The position numbers and the translations under genes are program-made. The notes beneath the pieces were generated by a model. The model was not told where the DNA came from, made no database searches, and saw nothing but the letters and a program-made list of their open reading frames with translations. Positions 49,293-58,424 of a stretch of 64,000 nucleotides of DNA are shown one piece after another. The stretch spans positions 526-64,525 of the forward strand of contig CAZPCB010000003.1 of NCBI GenBank assembly GCA_964585065.1, in the 5' to 3' direction. Numbering within the stretch: the stretch's first letter is position 1; every line of letters starts with the position of its first letter. The DNA comes from an uncultured Candidatus Saccharibacteria bacterium (lineage in GTDB: Bacteria; Patescibacteriota; Minisyncoccia; SW-4-49-11).

Positions 49293-52220
49293 TTATTGAC
49301 AGGAATCACAAATTTGACCTTCTATTACCGCAAATATATTAGATTTGGGTGGTTGAGGAGGTAAATTCTCAAGAGATATTGATGCAGTTGTAGGGGTGAG
49401 ATTTGTATTAGCTATAGAGGTAGTTGCAGGACTTGGAGCTTGAATTGACCCAGACTCTATTGCATTTACTACTGATTGAGCTTCTGGTATTGCTTGCTCT
49501 ACACTTGCATTTACTGTTGATTGACTAAAATCGCGGCGATGAGTAGTACCAAATTCATTAATACTTACTGTTGATTTTTCTACCTGTGATATAGCAAGGG
49601 TTCTTAGATAATAGGTAGTCTTCACCCCTAATTCCCAAGCATACATATATACATCAGCAATTTCCTTTCCTGAAACTCCTCGATAAAATATATTAAGTGA
49701 TTGACTTTGATCCATCCATTTTCCACGATAAGCTGCTGCCTTTACTAACCATTTTGGATCAATTTCAAATACTTCCTTATATTTTGCTCTTAACTGTTCT
49801 GGGATTTCGGGAATCTGAGAAATAGACCCATCAAAATACTTAATTTTATCAGCAATAATTGGTGTCCATAATCCAATTTTCTTTAAATCCTCAATAAGAT
49901 AGGAATTTATAACAGTAAAATCTCCTGCTTGATTTGATTTTACATACAAATTCTTATATATTGGTTCATTAGCAGGTACCGCATCCGTAATATTAGCTAA
50001 ATTAGATGTGGGTGCAATAGCCATAGTATTAGAATTACGCATTCCATATTTTTTGATAGATTCTCGAACTGGAGTCCAGTCTAATCGCTCAATTCTATTT
50101 ACGGGGATTTGCATTTCACGAGATTGCTCTAAGAGATTTATAGTGTCAACCGGAAGAATTCCTCTATCCCATTTTGATCCTTTAAAACTCTCATAAGCAC
50201 CTTTTTCTTGAGCTAGTTGGCTAGAAGCTAAAACTGCATAATAAGAAATTGCTTCCATAGAATAATCTGCAAATTCTACTGCATCCTCAGTATCAAAATT
50301 AATATCTAATTGATATAGAGCATCATGATAACCCATAATACCAAGTCCAATGGGACGATGTCTTTTATTAGATACTTCTCCTTCTTTAGTTGGGTAAAAA
50401 TTAATATCAACAACATTATCAAGCATTCTAATTGCAATTGGTACTACTCTAGCTATTAATTCTTTATCGAATTCCCCATTTTTTACAAAATATTTTAAGT
50501 TAAGAGACCCAAGATTACATACTGCAGTTTCCTCAGCTGAATTATTAAGAGTAATCTCAGTACAAAGATTAGAATTATGAATAACTCCTACATGATCTTG
50601 AGGGGAGCGAATATTAGATGGGTCTTTGAAAGTAATCCAAGGATGCCCTGTCTCATATAACATTGTGATCATTTTGCGCCATAAATCTTTGGCTTTCAGT
50701 CTACGAAATAATTTAATTTTCCCCTCATCAGCTAATTGCTCATATTTCTTATAGGCAATATTAAATTCAGTCCCATAAATATGATGTAAATCTGGAGTTT
50801 CATCAGGAGAAAATAATGTCCAATCTCCATCTTGGCGAACTCGCTCCATAAATAAATCAGGAATCCAATTAGCAGTATTCATATCATGAGTACGTCGTCT
50901 CTCATCTCCTGTATTTTTACGTAATTCCAAGAAATCTTCTATATCCACATGCCAAGTCTCAAGATATACAACTGCAGCTCCTCGTCTTTTTCCACTACGA
51001 TTAATAGCTGCTGTAGTATCATTGGCAATTTTTAGAAAAGGCACAATTCCCTGACTTTCAACTCCAGTACCTTTAATTAACGCTCCAATTCCTCGCAAAT
51101 TAGTAAAGTCAGTTCCAATTCCTCCAGACCATTTTGACATTTGGGCATTATCTCCAATTACTTTAAAAATATGACTCAAATCATCTTCTATAGTATTAAG
51201 ATAACAAGAAGATAATTGTGGATGATTCGTTCCTGCATGGAATAGAGTTGGGGTTGATGGTACAAAATACATTTGTGACATAATTTCATAGAAATCAACC
51301 ACTTTTTGCTCTCTAATTTCTGGTTTTTCAACTAAAGCAAGTCCCATGGCTACACGCATCCAAAATCCTTGAGGAGTATCAAACATTCTCTTACTTACGG
51401 GATCTTTGATAAAATATCTATCATATAGGGTTTGAATACCTAAGAATTTGAATAAATTATCTCGCTCTGGCTTGATTTTTGTTGCCAACCACTCTAGATT
51501 ATAGTCAAGCATATCCTTACTCAAAATACCGGCATTTACTGCTGCGTGAATATTATTAACAAAAGATTCCCGATAAAGAGTATCTAAATTTGCATAATCT
51601 AAATCCTCTCCAATAACTCCTTCATAAATAGTATTCAACAATAATCTTGCTGCTAATACTGAATAGGCTGGATCGCGATCAATATAAGAACGTACTGTCA
51701 TCACAATAATTTGTGCAATTTCTTTGGTTGTCATCCCATCATAAATACTATTCTCAATTCCAGAGACAATTAAATTAAGGTCAATATCATTTTCTAATCC
51801 CTTAATATGATATGTGATAGTTTTAGTAATATTATATCGATTAAAAGACACCACCTCACCAGAAGATTTACGTACTTTCAAAGTTGGGTGAGCACCTTCT
51901 AATTTTTCTAATTCCTCTTGCCGGGCATCATCATGAGCTTTTCGATAGAGAATATATCCCTTTGCAACATCATAAAATCCTCTCTCCATTAATTTTTTCT
52001 CTACAATATCCTGTACAATTTCAACCGTAGGATAATTATCTACGAATTGAGCATCCAGAGCCGCTACTACAGACTCAGTAACTCCATCAACTTGTTTTGC
52101 CTCCTCAGCGGTGAAATTTTGTTTAACATCAAGAAATGCTTTACTAATTGCCTTCCAGATTTTTGCTTGATTAAATGATACAATTTTTCCATCTCTTTTG
52201 GTGATTTGTGTAACTGCCAT
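49293..52220 (-). CDS. nrdA: Ribonucleotide reductase class I large (alpha) subunit with two N-terminal ATP-cone domains
   Basis: 975 aa. Two ATP-cone-like repeats are present (VTQITKRDGKIVSFNQAKIWKAI and KVRKSSGEVVSFNRYNITKTI). The catalytic NLCTEITL motif is present. The C-terminal CxxC tail (GQICDSCQ) is preceded by a low-complexity linker of about 90 aa. Confidence 0.9.
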   Translation of the reverse strand: MAVTQITKRDGKIVSFNQAKIWKAISKAFLDVKQNFTAEEAKQVDGVTESVVAALDAQFVDNYPTVEIVQDIVEKKLMERGFYDVAKGYILYRKAHDDARQEELEKLEGAHPTLKVRKSSGEVVSFNRYNITKTITYHIKGLENDIDLNLIVSGIENSIYDGMTTKEIAQIIVMTVRSYIDRDPAYSVLAARLLLNTIYEGVIGEDLDYANLDTLYRESFVNNIHAAVNAGILSKDMLDYNLEWLATKIKPERDNLFKFLGIQTLYDRYFIKDPVSKRMFDTPQGFWMRVAMGLALVEKPEIREQKVVDFYEIMSQMYFVPSTPTLFHAGTNHPQLSSCYLNTIEDDLSHIFKVIGDNAQMSKWSGGIGTDFTNLRGIGALIKGTGVESQGIVPFLKIANDTTAAINRSGKRRGAAVVYLETWHVDIEDFLELRKNTGDERRRTHDMNTANWIPDLFMERVRQDGDWTLFSPDETPDLHHIYGTEFNIAYKKYEQLADEGKIKLFRRLKAKDLWRKMITMLYETGHPWITFKDPSNIRSPQDHVGVIHNSNLCTEITLNNSAEETAVCNLGSLNLKYFVKNGEFDKELIARVVPIAIRMLDNVVDINFYPTKEGEVSNKRHRPIGLGIMGYHDALYQLDINFDTEDAVEFADYSMEAISYYAVLASSQLAQEKGAYESFKGSKWDRGILPVDTINLLEQSREMQIPVNRIERLDWTPVRESIKKYGMRNSNTMAIAPTSNLANITDAVPANEPIYKNLYVKSNQAGDFTVINSYLIEDLKKIGLWTPIIADKIKYFDGSISQIPEIPEQLRAKYKEVFEIDPKWLVKAAAYRGKWMDQSQSLNIFYRGVSGKEIADVYMYAWELGVKTTYYLRTLAISQVEKSTVSINEFGTTHRRDFSQSTVNASVEQAIPEAQSVVNAIESGSIQAPSPATTSIANTNLTPTTASISLENLPPQPPKSNIFAVIEGQICDSCQ

Positions 52221-52296
52221 ATCTGTATATATTATGTTTATCTATTATTAAGGGGTAGAACTATTATATCAGACTTATTTTCAATATACAATTTAA

Positions 52297-52312
52297 CCAC
52301 TATATATAGTAT
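52297..52312 (-). promoter_or_regulatory. NrdR-box-like palindrome ccACTATATATAGTat, about 80 nt upstream of the nrdA ATG
   Basis: The 12-bp core actatatatagt is a perfect palindrome resembling the NrdR box consensus (acaCTATATATAGtgt) recalled from memory. A weaker partial palindrome ttcACTAcTAGcgaa is centred about 29 bp away. No nrdR gene is in the window. Confidence 0.3.
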
Positions 52313-52455
52313 AGAAAAGCTATATTTCACTACTAGCGAACCATTTCACCTCTAAAATAAAGAAAGTTATCCACAATCAGCAAAGACTATAATCTTAAAT
52401 AGACTTATATACAGCCATTATATCTCTAAAGTCTAAAATGGTTATCCCCATAATA

Positions 52456-52482
52456 CAAAAAAGAGCCTTTCGGCTCGCTTTT
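52456..52482 (-). terminator. Intrinsic terminator after rplA: gagcc-GAAA-ggctc followed by UUUUUUG
   Basis: The minus strand reads ataaaagcGAGCCgaaaGGCTCttttttgtatta, beginning 12 nt after the rplA stop. Confidence 0.65.
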
Positions 52483-52494
52483 ATATATGCTGTC

Positions 52495-53175
52495 TTAAAG
52501 CTTTACTTTAATAGATGGACTTTGTGTAAGGGAAAGATATATATGCTTTACAAATTCACCCTTTACCTTTTCTGGTTGATGTTTTTGGACTTCAGCTACA
52601 AATTCTCGAATATTCTTTTCTAATTCCTCAGCAGTAAATGTAACATTACCAATTGCTTGATGAATGACACCTGTTTTATCCATTCTAAATTCAGCTTTAC
52701 CAGCCTTGAATTCTTTTACTACTCTATCAACATCATCAGTTACCGTTCCATTTTTAGGAGAAGGCATAAGTCCTTTTGGTCCTAAAATTTTTGCTACTGG
52801 TGCTACAAATCGCATAAAATCAGTAGTTGCAATTACTACATCATAATTAATACCTCCTGCTTGCTTTATCTCATCAATAATTTCTTTTCCTCCAACTTTA
52901 TCAGCTCCTGCAGCGATAGCTTGTTGTAATTTAGCCTCATCTTCGGTTAATACTAAAACTGTTTTCCCCTTAGCAATTGGCTTGCTAAAAATCACTGCTC
53001 CTCTTACTGATTGAGGTCCTTTAGTACCTTTAAGATTAGTCTTGATATGAATATCTACGCTTTCGGTAAATTTTGCTCTTGCAAAATTTAATACGACAGG
53101 GATACCTTCTGTTAATGGGTATATTTTAGTTCGGTCTAATTGTTCAATAATTGCTCGATAGGCTTTAGATCTCAT
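52495..53175 (-). CDS. rplA: 50S ribosomal protein L1
   Basis: 226 aa with L1-like sequence, following rplK. Confidence 0.9.
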   Translation of the reverse strand: MRSKAYRAIIEQLDRTKIYPLTEGIPVVLNFARAKFTESVDIHIKTNLKGTKGPQSVRGAVIFSKPIAKGKTVLVLTEDEAKLQQAIAAGADKVGGKEIIDEIKQAGGINYDVVIATTDFMRFVAPVAKILGPKGLMPSPKNGTVTDDVDRVVKEFKAGKAEFRMDKTGVIHQAIGNVTFTAEELEKNIREFVAEVQKHQPEKVKGEFVKHIYLSLTQSPSIKVKL

Positions 53176-53222
53176 AATGATATAGTTATGTAGTATTAGC
53201 GAATATTATTAATAATACTCTC

Positions 53223-53648
53223 CTACTCTGTTATTTCTACTCCCATTGATCGGGCAGTACCTTCTACTATTTTCATAGCAGATTCAAGTTCAAAGGCATT
53301 AAGATCAGGTAATTTTTTCTCAGCTATTGCTGATACTTGAGCCTTACTTAATTTTCCTACCTTTGTCTTATTTGGGATTGAAGAACCCTTAGAAAGCTTT
53401 AATTCTTTTTTGATAAGAGCTGAAACAGGAGAAATTTTAAGAACAAAATCAAAAGTTCTATCTTCATAAATAGTTACCTCTACTGGTACAACTTCTCCTT
53501 GTTGTTCTCGAGTTGCATCATTAAATTTGATACAAAATTCTTGTAATTTAATTCCATGGGGTCCTAATGCGGTTCCTGTTGGTGGAGCTGGGGTAGCTTG
53601 ACCTCCTCGAACTTGTAGCTTTACAACTGCTTTGATTGGCTTACTCAT
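53223..53648 (-). CDS. rplK: 50S ribosomal protein L11
   Basis: 141 aa. MSKPIKAVVKLQVRGGQATPAPP and GTALGPHGI are L11 signatures. Confidence 0.9.
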   Translation of the reverse strand: MSKPIKAVVKLQVRGGQATPAPPTGTALGPHGIKLQEFCIKFNDATREQQGEVVPVEVTIYEDRTFDFVLKISPVSALIKKELKLSKGSSIPNKTKVGKLSKAQVSAIAEKKLPDLNAFELESAMKIVEGTARSMGVEITE

Positions 53649-53722
53649 AGTACTCTATTCCTTATATAACATACTGGAAGTGATTATATCATATAAGTTT
53701 TATTTTGTGAAGGGGTAAGACT

Positions 53723-54826
53723 CTAATAATCTCGTAATTTGCGGATATTAACATGTTCTCGTATTTTTTCTAAGGCTTTTACCTCAATTTGACGAATACG
53801 CTCACGGGTTACATTAAATTCAGCACCTACTTCCTCTAAAGTATGGGTAATTCCATCTTCTAATCCAAAACGCATTTGAAGAATTTTTTGCTCTCTATCA
53901 TTAAGATCATCTAAAATCTCTTGTAAATGTTCACGGAGTAGATTTCGACTTGCTGTCTGAGTAGGACTTAATGATTCAGTGTCTTCAATAAAATCACCAA
54001 GAGAACTTCCATCCTCATCTCCTACGGGAGCTTGCAGGGATATAGTATCTTGATTAATTTTAATAATTTGATGTACTTTTTCTACATCCAAATCCATTTC
54101 TGCTGCGATTTCTTCTGGCAATGGCTCTCTTCCCAATTCTTGTACCAAATTACGTACTACTTGAGAATATTTATTAATAGTCTCCACCATATGTACAGGA
54201 ATACGAATAGTTCGAGATTGATCAGCAAGAGCTCTCGTAATAGCCTGTCTTATCCACCAAGTTGCATAAGTTGAGAATTTAAATCCTTTGGAATAATCAA
54301 ATTTATCAATTGCCTTGAATAATCCTAAATTCCCCTCTTGAATTAAATCAAGTAAAGTAAGGTTAGGACTTCGTCCTACATATTTTTTAGCAATAGATAC
54401 TACAAGTCTTAAATTGGCTTCAGCGAGTTCCCGCTTTGCTTCTTCATCTCCTTCAAGTACTCTTTTTGAAATATAAATTTCTTGCTCTTTAGTTAAAAGA
54501 GGAATATTTCCAATTTCTTTTAAATACATTTGTACAGGATCTGGCAATTCTTCTTCCCATTTTTCTAATGAAGTATATACTTCACTTTCCTCAATTCCAT
54601 CACTATTTACTCCGGGGAGGAATTCTACCTCATCTTGTACTTTAATTCCTTTTTCTTTGAGGATATCATATAATTCTTCTAATTGCTCAAGATTATCCTC
54701 AATATTGGGAAGCGCATACATAATTTCTGTTTCTGTCACAAATCCCCGCTCTTTACCTTGTATAATCAAGGCTTTTACTATTTTATCAAGGGCTTGTTTT
54801 GAAGTAGTATCATTTGACTTTGCCAT
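53723..54826 (-). CDS. rpoD: RNA polymerase primary sigma factor (sigma-70 family, short N-terminus)
   Basis: 367 aa. Region 2 is [40 protein letters not shown]. Regions 3 and 4 include [25 protein letters not shown]. Confidence 0.9.
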   Translation of the reverse strand: MAKSNDTTSKQALDKIVKALIIQGKERGFVTETEIMYALPNIEDNLEQLEELYDILKEKGIKVQDEVEFLPGVNSDGIEESEVYTSLEKWEEELPDPVQMYLKEIGNIPLLTKEQEIYISKRVLEGDEEAKRELAEANLRLVVSIAKKYVGRSPNLTLLDLIQEGNLGLFKAIDKFDYSKGFKFSTYATWWIRQAITRALADQSRTIRIPVHMVETINKYSQVVRNLVQELGREPLPEEIAAEMDLDVEKVHQIIKINQDTISLQAPVGDEDGSSLGDFIEDTESLSPTQTASRNLLREHLQEILDDLNDREQKILQMRFGLEDGITHTLEEVGAEFNVTRERIRQIEVKALEKIREHVNIRKLRDY

Positions 54827-54837
54827 ATATAAATCTA

Positions 54838-56607
54838 TTATCTAGTATTTTTCGTGAAAGTTTTATATTTTTCCAGAATATCTTGCACTTTATCATTATC
54901 CCCTGCTTTTTTTGCTTCCTTTAATTTTTTCAATAAAGCCTTTCTGACCGAGCTTTGATATTGAGTTTTAAGCAAATGAATTGTTTCCTGTATACTTTGC
55001 TGTATTTGCTCTTCACTTGATTGCATTTGTTCAATTTGATAAAAAATAGGTAATAACAATTCTTCAAGAATGGTATATTCCAATTCTGAAACAAATGATT
55101 TACATTCAGCTAAACTTAATGTTTTAGGAGACTTAGTCGTACAGTGGTCTCTTATTTTAATAAATAATTCTCTCAATATTGATTGAGTGAATAGAGACTC
55201 TTCTAATATAAGAATATCATGATTTCCTGGTTTGTAAAGGAGATATGCAATAATATGTTTTTGTAATCGAACAGAAGCAGAGTCCATTGGTCTCTCAACT
55301 ATATCGGTATTATATAATTTTATATCATTTTTCATCTGCATATATATATCTTTTTCTGACATATTTAATAAATCTGCTAATTTTTTGGTATAATAATTCT
55401 TTGCAATAGGATCATTAATTACTTGTATCCATTGTATTAATTGTTGTAATGCCTTGTTTTTAGCAGGAATATCTTCTGATTTAATATTAGCGACAATATG
55501 ATTGAGATAATATTCTATAAAGTCCTCAGCTTTTTCAATTGCTTTTTCCCATAATTGAGGATTTTCTCTTACTAAATCAGCGGTATCCTTACCACCCTCT
55601 ATATAAATAACTTTTACTACTCCACCTTTTTGGGTAATAAGAGAAGCCGAACGCAAACAAGCGGCTATTCCGGCTGCATCATTATCAAAAGCTAATAAAA
55701 ATTGATCTGTATATCGCATTAAAGCCGTAATATGATATTCACTTAAGGCTGTCCCCGATACTGCTACCACATCTTTAATACCCGCTTTATGAGACATTAT
55801 GACATCCATTTGCCCCTCTACTAAAATCACCCTTTTTTGAGTTTTAATTGCAATTTTAGCTTGAGATAATCCAAATAATACCTTACTTTTATCATATGTG
55901 CTTGTTTGGGGAGAATTTACATATTTTCCCATTTGACCATCATCATATTCTGGTAATATTCTTCCCGTGAAGCCCACTACACGTCCCAAAGTATCTTGTA
56001 TGGGAATCATAATACGGCCTCGAAATCTATCATATAAATGATTTTGTTGGCCTTGTATTCCCATACCGGTAGCCTCAATATCTTGAGGAGAATATTTGGT
56101 AATAAGGCGTTTGGTTAATGTTTGATAATTTTGAGGGGCAAGACCAATGCTAAATAATTCTATCAGCTCATCTGTTAAGCCTCTTTCATATAAATATTGT
56201 CTCCCCCTTTCTCCATGAGTGGGATGTAATAAAATAGAATGATATATTTTTGCACTATCTTGTAATATATTAAGAAGAGTTTTTTTATTATTTTCTTTAT
56301 ATGGAGATTTTTCTCCTAATGCTGATTGTAATGATATTCCTGATTTTTCTGATAATATTTGAAGAGCTTCCCGAAATTCAACTCCTTCAATATCCATAAT
56401 AAATTGGAATATATCTCCTGCTTTATCCCCCCCAAAATCCTTATATATTTGTAGTTCAGGACTCACAATAAAAGAGGGGCTTTTTTCACTACGAAATGGA
56501 GATAAAGCTTTATAATTAGATCCTGCGGGGATTAAAGTTACATATTCCCCAATAATATCTACGATATCTAGCTTTTGCTTTATTAAATCTTTTACTTCAT
56601 TATTCAT
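54838..56607 (-). CDS. dnaG: DNA primase DnaG
   Basis: 589 aa. An N-terminal zinc-binding region precedes the RNA-polymerase and Toprim core ([29 protein letters not shown]). It is immediately upstream of rpoD. Confidence 0.9.
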   Translation of the reverse strand: MNNEVKDLIKQKLDIVDIIGEYVTLIPAGSNYKALSPFRSEKSPSFIVSPELQIYKDFGGDKAGDIFQFIMDIEGVEFREALQILSEKSGISLQSALGEKSPYKENNKKTLLNILQDSAKIYHSILLHPTHGERGRQYLYERGLTDELIELFSIGLAPQNYQTLTKRLITKYSPQDIEATGMGIQGQQNHLYDRFRGRIMIPIQDTLGRVVGFTGRILPEYDDGQMGKYVNSPQTSTYDKSKVLFGLSQAKIAIKTQKRVILVEGQMDVIMSHKAGIKDVVAVSGTALSEYHITALMRYTDQFLLAFDNDAAGIAACLRSASLITQKGGVVKVIYIEGGKDTADLVRENPQLWEKAIEKAEDFIEYYLNHIVANIKSEDIPAKNKALQQLIQWIQVINDPIAKNYYTKKLADLLNMSEKDIYMQMKNDIKLYNTDIVERPMDSASVRLQKHIIAYLLYKPGNHDILILEESLFTQSILRELFIKIRDHCTTKSPKTLSLAECKSFVSELEYTILEELLLPIFYQIEQMQSSEEQIQQSIQETIHLLKTQYQSSVRKALLKKLKEAKKAGDNDKVQDILEKYKTFTKNTR

Positions 56608-56645
56608 ATATTCCCCACAGTTATTGATAAGGGAGAATAGAATAA

Positions 56646-57449
56646 TTATGTTCTCCTCTTATTCCTTGCTCTTCTGAATAAAATGGTCAGACCTGTAATA
56701 AAAATAACTATGAGAGCTACCCATTGAGTCATGGTAAGTCCAATAATTCTTGGGTCTCCATAGGACATATCGGTAGTTTGCCAAAAATCAGCAAAGAAAT
56801 GAATAGTTGCTACTCCTAATACAAATACTGATGTCAAATAACCTGGTCGGCGAAATTCATATAATCGCTGATTTAATATGAATAGTATCATGAATAAGAA
56901 TAAATATCCAGCTGCAATATATAATCCCCATGGATGAATATACGATTCAGCCATAGGGAATACCCATGGATATGCTTGATTTGTGATAGCCCCCTTCGAT
57001 ATACTAACAGAAAATACTCCAATATATCCAAAGGCCAACCCGAGTGGGATAATATATAAAAATGTATCAGAGAATCGAAGCCAAGACATTTTAGATCTCT
57101 GTAAGGCTGCAAATCCTTGTAAATAAAACCAACCTACAATAACTGCTCCAAAATATCCTCCCACAATACTGAGATGCCCTTTATAAAAAACTTCCCCCCA
57201 ACTTAATATAGAGACAAAATTAATATCAGCCTGATGCATAAGTAAATACGCAATTCTAGCACCAAATAATCCTCCAAGGGCTGTCATGCTCACCAATCCA
57301 AAAATATCATCTCCAGGAACTCCCTTTCTCTTGGCCTTTTCTAAAGACAAGATAAGTATAAGACAAAATGAAAATACTGCAGCCGCTCCCCATACAGGGA
57401 AATTACTTTGATATTGTGTAATTAAATCAATAACTTGATAAGAGGACAT
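56646..57449 (-). CDS. lgt: Putative prolipoprotein diacylglyceryl transferase (Lgt-like) membrane protein
   Basis: 267 aa and polytopic. GGLFGARIAYLL, IHPWGLYIAAGY and GLTMTQWVALIVIFITG resemble the Lgt G-rich, HP..LYE and GxSxGQW motifs. Confidence 0.5.
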   Translation of the reverse strand: MSSYQVIDLITQYQSNFPVWGAAAVFSFCLILILSLEKAKRKGVPGDDIFGLVSMTALGGLFGARIAYLLMHQADINFVSILSWGEVFYKGHLSIVGGYFGAVIVGWFYLQGFAALQRSKMSWLRFSDTFLYIIPLGLAFGYIGVFSVSISKGAITNQAYPWVFPMAESYIHPWGLYIAAGYLFLFMILFILNQRLYEFRRPGYLTSVFVLGVATIHFFADFWQTTDMSYGDPRIIGLTMTQWVALIVIFITGLTILFRRARNKRRT

Positions 57450-57475
57450 ATTATGTTTGTATTTTAAATACCTCT

Positions 57476-57745
57476 TTATGCAGGGAATACTTGACTTCCT
57501 GACTCATCATAAAGAGAAATCGCAGCTGTAGGACAAGATTGAGCTGCAAGTAATAAGGTATCATCATCTACTGATGTCACATCAAGAGCGGTAATATCAG
57601 TTTTATCTGAACTTGTTTTATCTCCTTTTAACTTTAATACTGCCTTTCCTTCTGCATCAATTTCGAATACATCAGGATATACTGCAATACAGCTAGCTGC
57701 TCCAATGCATTTATCTCTATCTATTGCCAATGTTTTAATTGCCAT
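57476..57745 (-). CDS. Small single-cluster ferredoxin-like protein
   Basis: 89 aa. The Cys ligands CIGAASC...CP are arranged as in single [Fe-S] cluster ferredoxins. Confidence 0.6.
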   Translation of the reverse strand: MAIKTLAIDRDKCIGAASCIAVYPDVFEIDAEGKAVLKLKGDKTSSDKTDITALDVTSVDDDTLLLAAQSCPTAAISLYDESGSQVFPA

Positions 57746-57747
57746 AT

Positions 57748-58011
57748 TTATTTACTTAAATGATAATGTCCTTCTGTACTATCTTGAGTATAATATATAT
57801 TTTTGATTTTGTCACCACATACTTCTTTTAATTTACTCTCAACTACTACGCCAAATGTCATAGAAGACATAGGGCATCCTGAGCAAGCCCCTAATAAGTG
57901 GAGAGTTAAATTACCATTTTCAAAAGCTTCAATTTCAACACCACCACCATCTAATTCTAACATTGGGCGGATTTCTTCTAATACTGTTTCTATTTTTGTA
58001 TATGTATCCAT
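57748..58011 (-). CDS. NifU/Nfu-type Fe-S cluster scaffold domain protein
   Basis: 87 aa. LEEIRPMLELDGGGVEIEAFENGNLTLHLLGACSGCPMS carries the Nfu CxxC motif. Confidence 0.7.
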   Translation of the reverse strand: MDTYTKIETVLEEIRPMLELDGGGVEIEAFENGNLTLHLLGACSGCPMSSMTFGVVVESKLKEVCGDKIKNIYYTQDSTEGHYHLSK

Positions 58012-58029
58012 ATATGGAATACAATAAGA

Positions 58030-58350
58030 TTATTTTACACTAATATCAGTAATTTCTACTTCTGTAAATGGTTGTCGATGCCCATTCTTTACACTATATC
58101 GAGTCTTATTCTTATATTTAAAAATAATTTGCTTTTTTCCTCTTCCTTGAGTAAGAATTTTTCCCTTAACCTTAGCCTTTGCTATTGTAGGAGTTCCTAA
58201 AGTAATATCTGAATCATTATTAACTAATAATACATCATCAAATACAATTTCTGAATCTGCTTCAGAATGAAGCTTTTCAATTTTAAGAATAGTTCCTTTC
58301 TCAACTGGATACTGCTTTCCTCCGGTACGAATAATTGCAAACATATACAC
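58030..58350 (-). CDS. rplU: 50S ribosomal protein L21 (start probably at the third codon, MFAIIRTGGKQY)
   Basis: 106 aa. FAIIRTGGKQYPVEKG is the L21 signature. Confidence 0.85.
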   Translation of the reverse strand: MYMFAIIRTGGKQYPVEKGTILKIEKLHSEADSEIVFDDVLLVNNDSDITLGTPTIAKAKVKGKILTQGRGKKQIIFKYKNKTRYSVKNGHRQPFTEVEITDISVK

Positions 58351-58372
58351 TACTTATTTAACACTAGGACTT

Positions 58373-58401
58373 ATTATACCGTATTATTGTCAATTTGTCA
58401 A
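58373..58401 (-). promoter_or_regulatory. Consensus sigma-70 promoter for rplU: TTGACA-N17-TATAAT (perfect hexamers)
   Basis: The minus strand reads attaTTGACAaattgacaataatacggTATAATaagtcc, about 25 nt upstream of the rplU start. A second TTGACA copy lies 2 nt downstream of the first. Confidence 0.6.
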
Positions 58402-58424
58402 TAATAATGACCTTTTTTGACTCT

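Noticed and set aside
53649-53722. L1-binding autoregulatory leader upstream of rplK.
   Set aside because: The 74-nt spacer contains a GGGGTAAGACTC-like string. I could not confidently match it to the L1-binding consensus, so it is left unannotated.
58388-58401. Tandem TTGACA TTGACA copies upstream of rplU as a possible repeat element.
   Set aside because: Only two copies, 8 bp apart. This is best explained as overlapping -35 elements of a single promoter.
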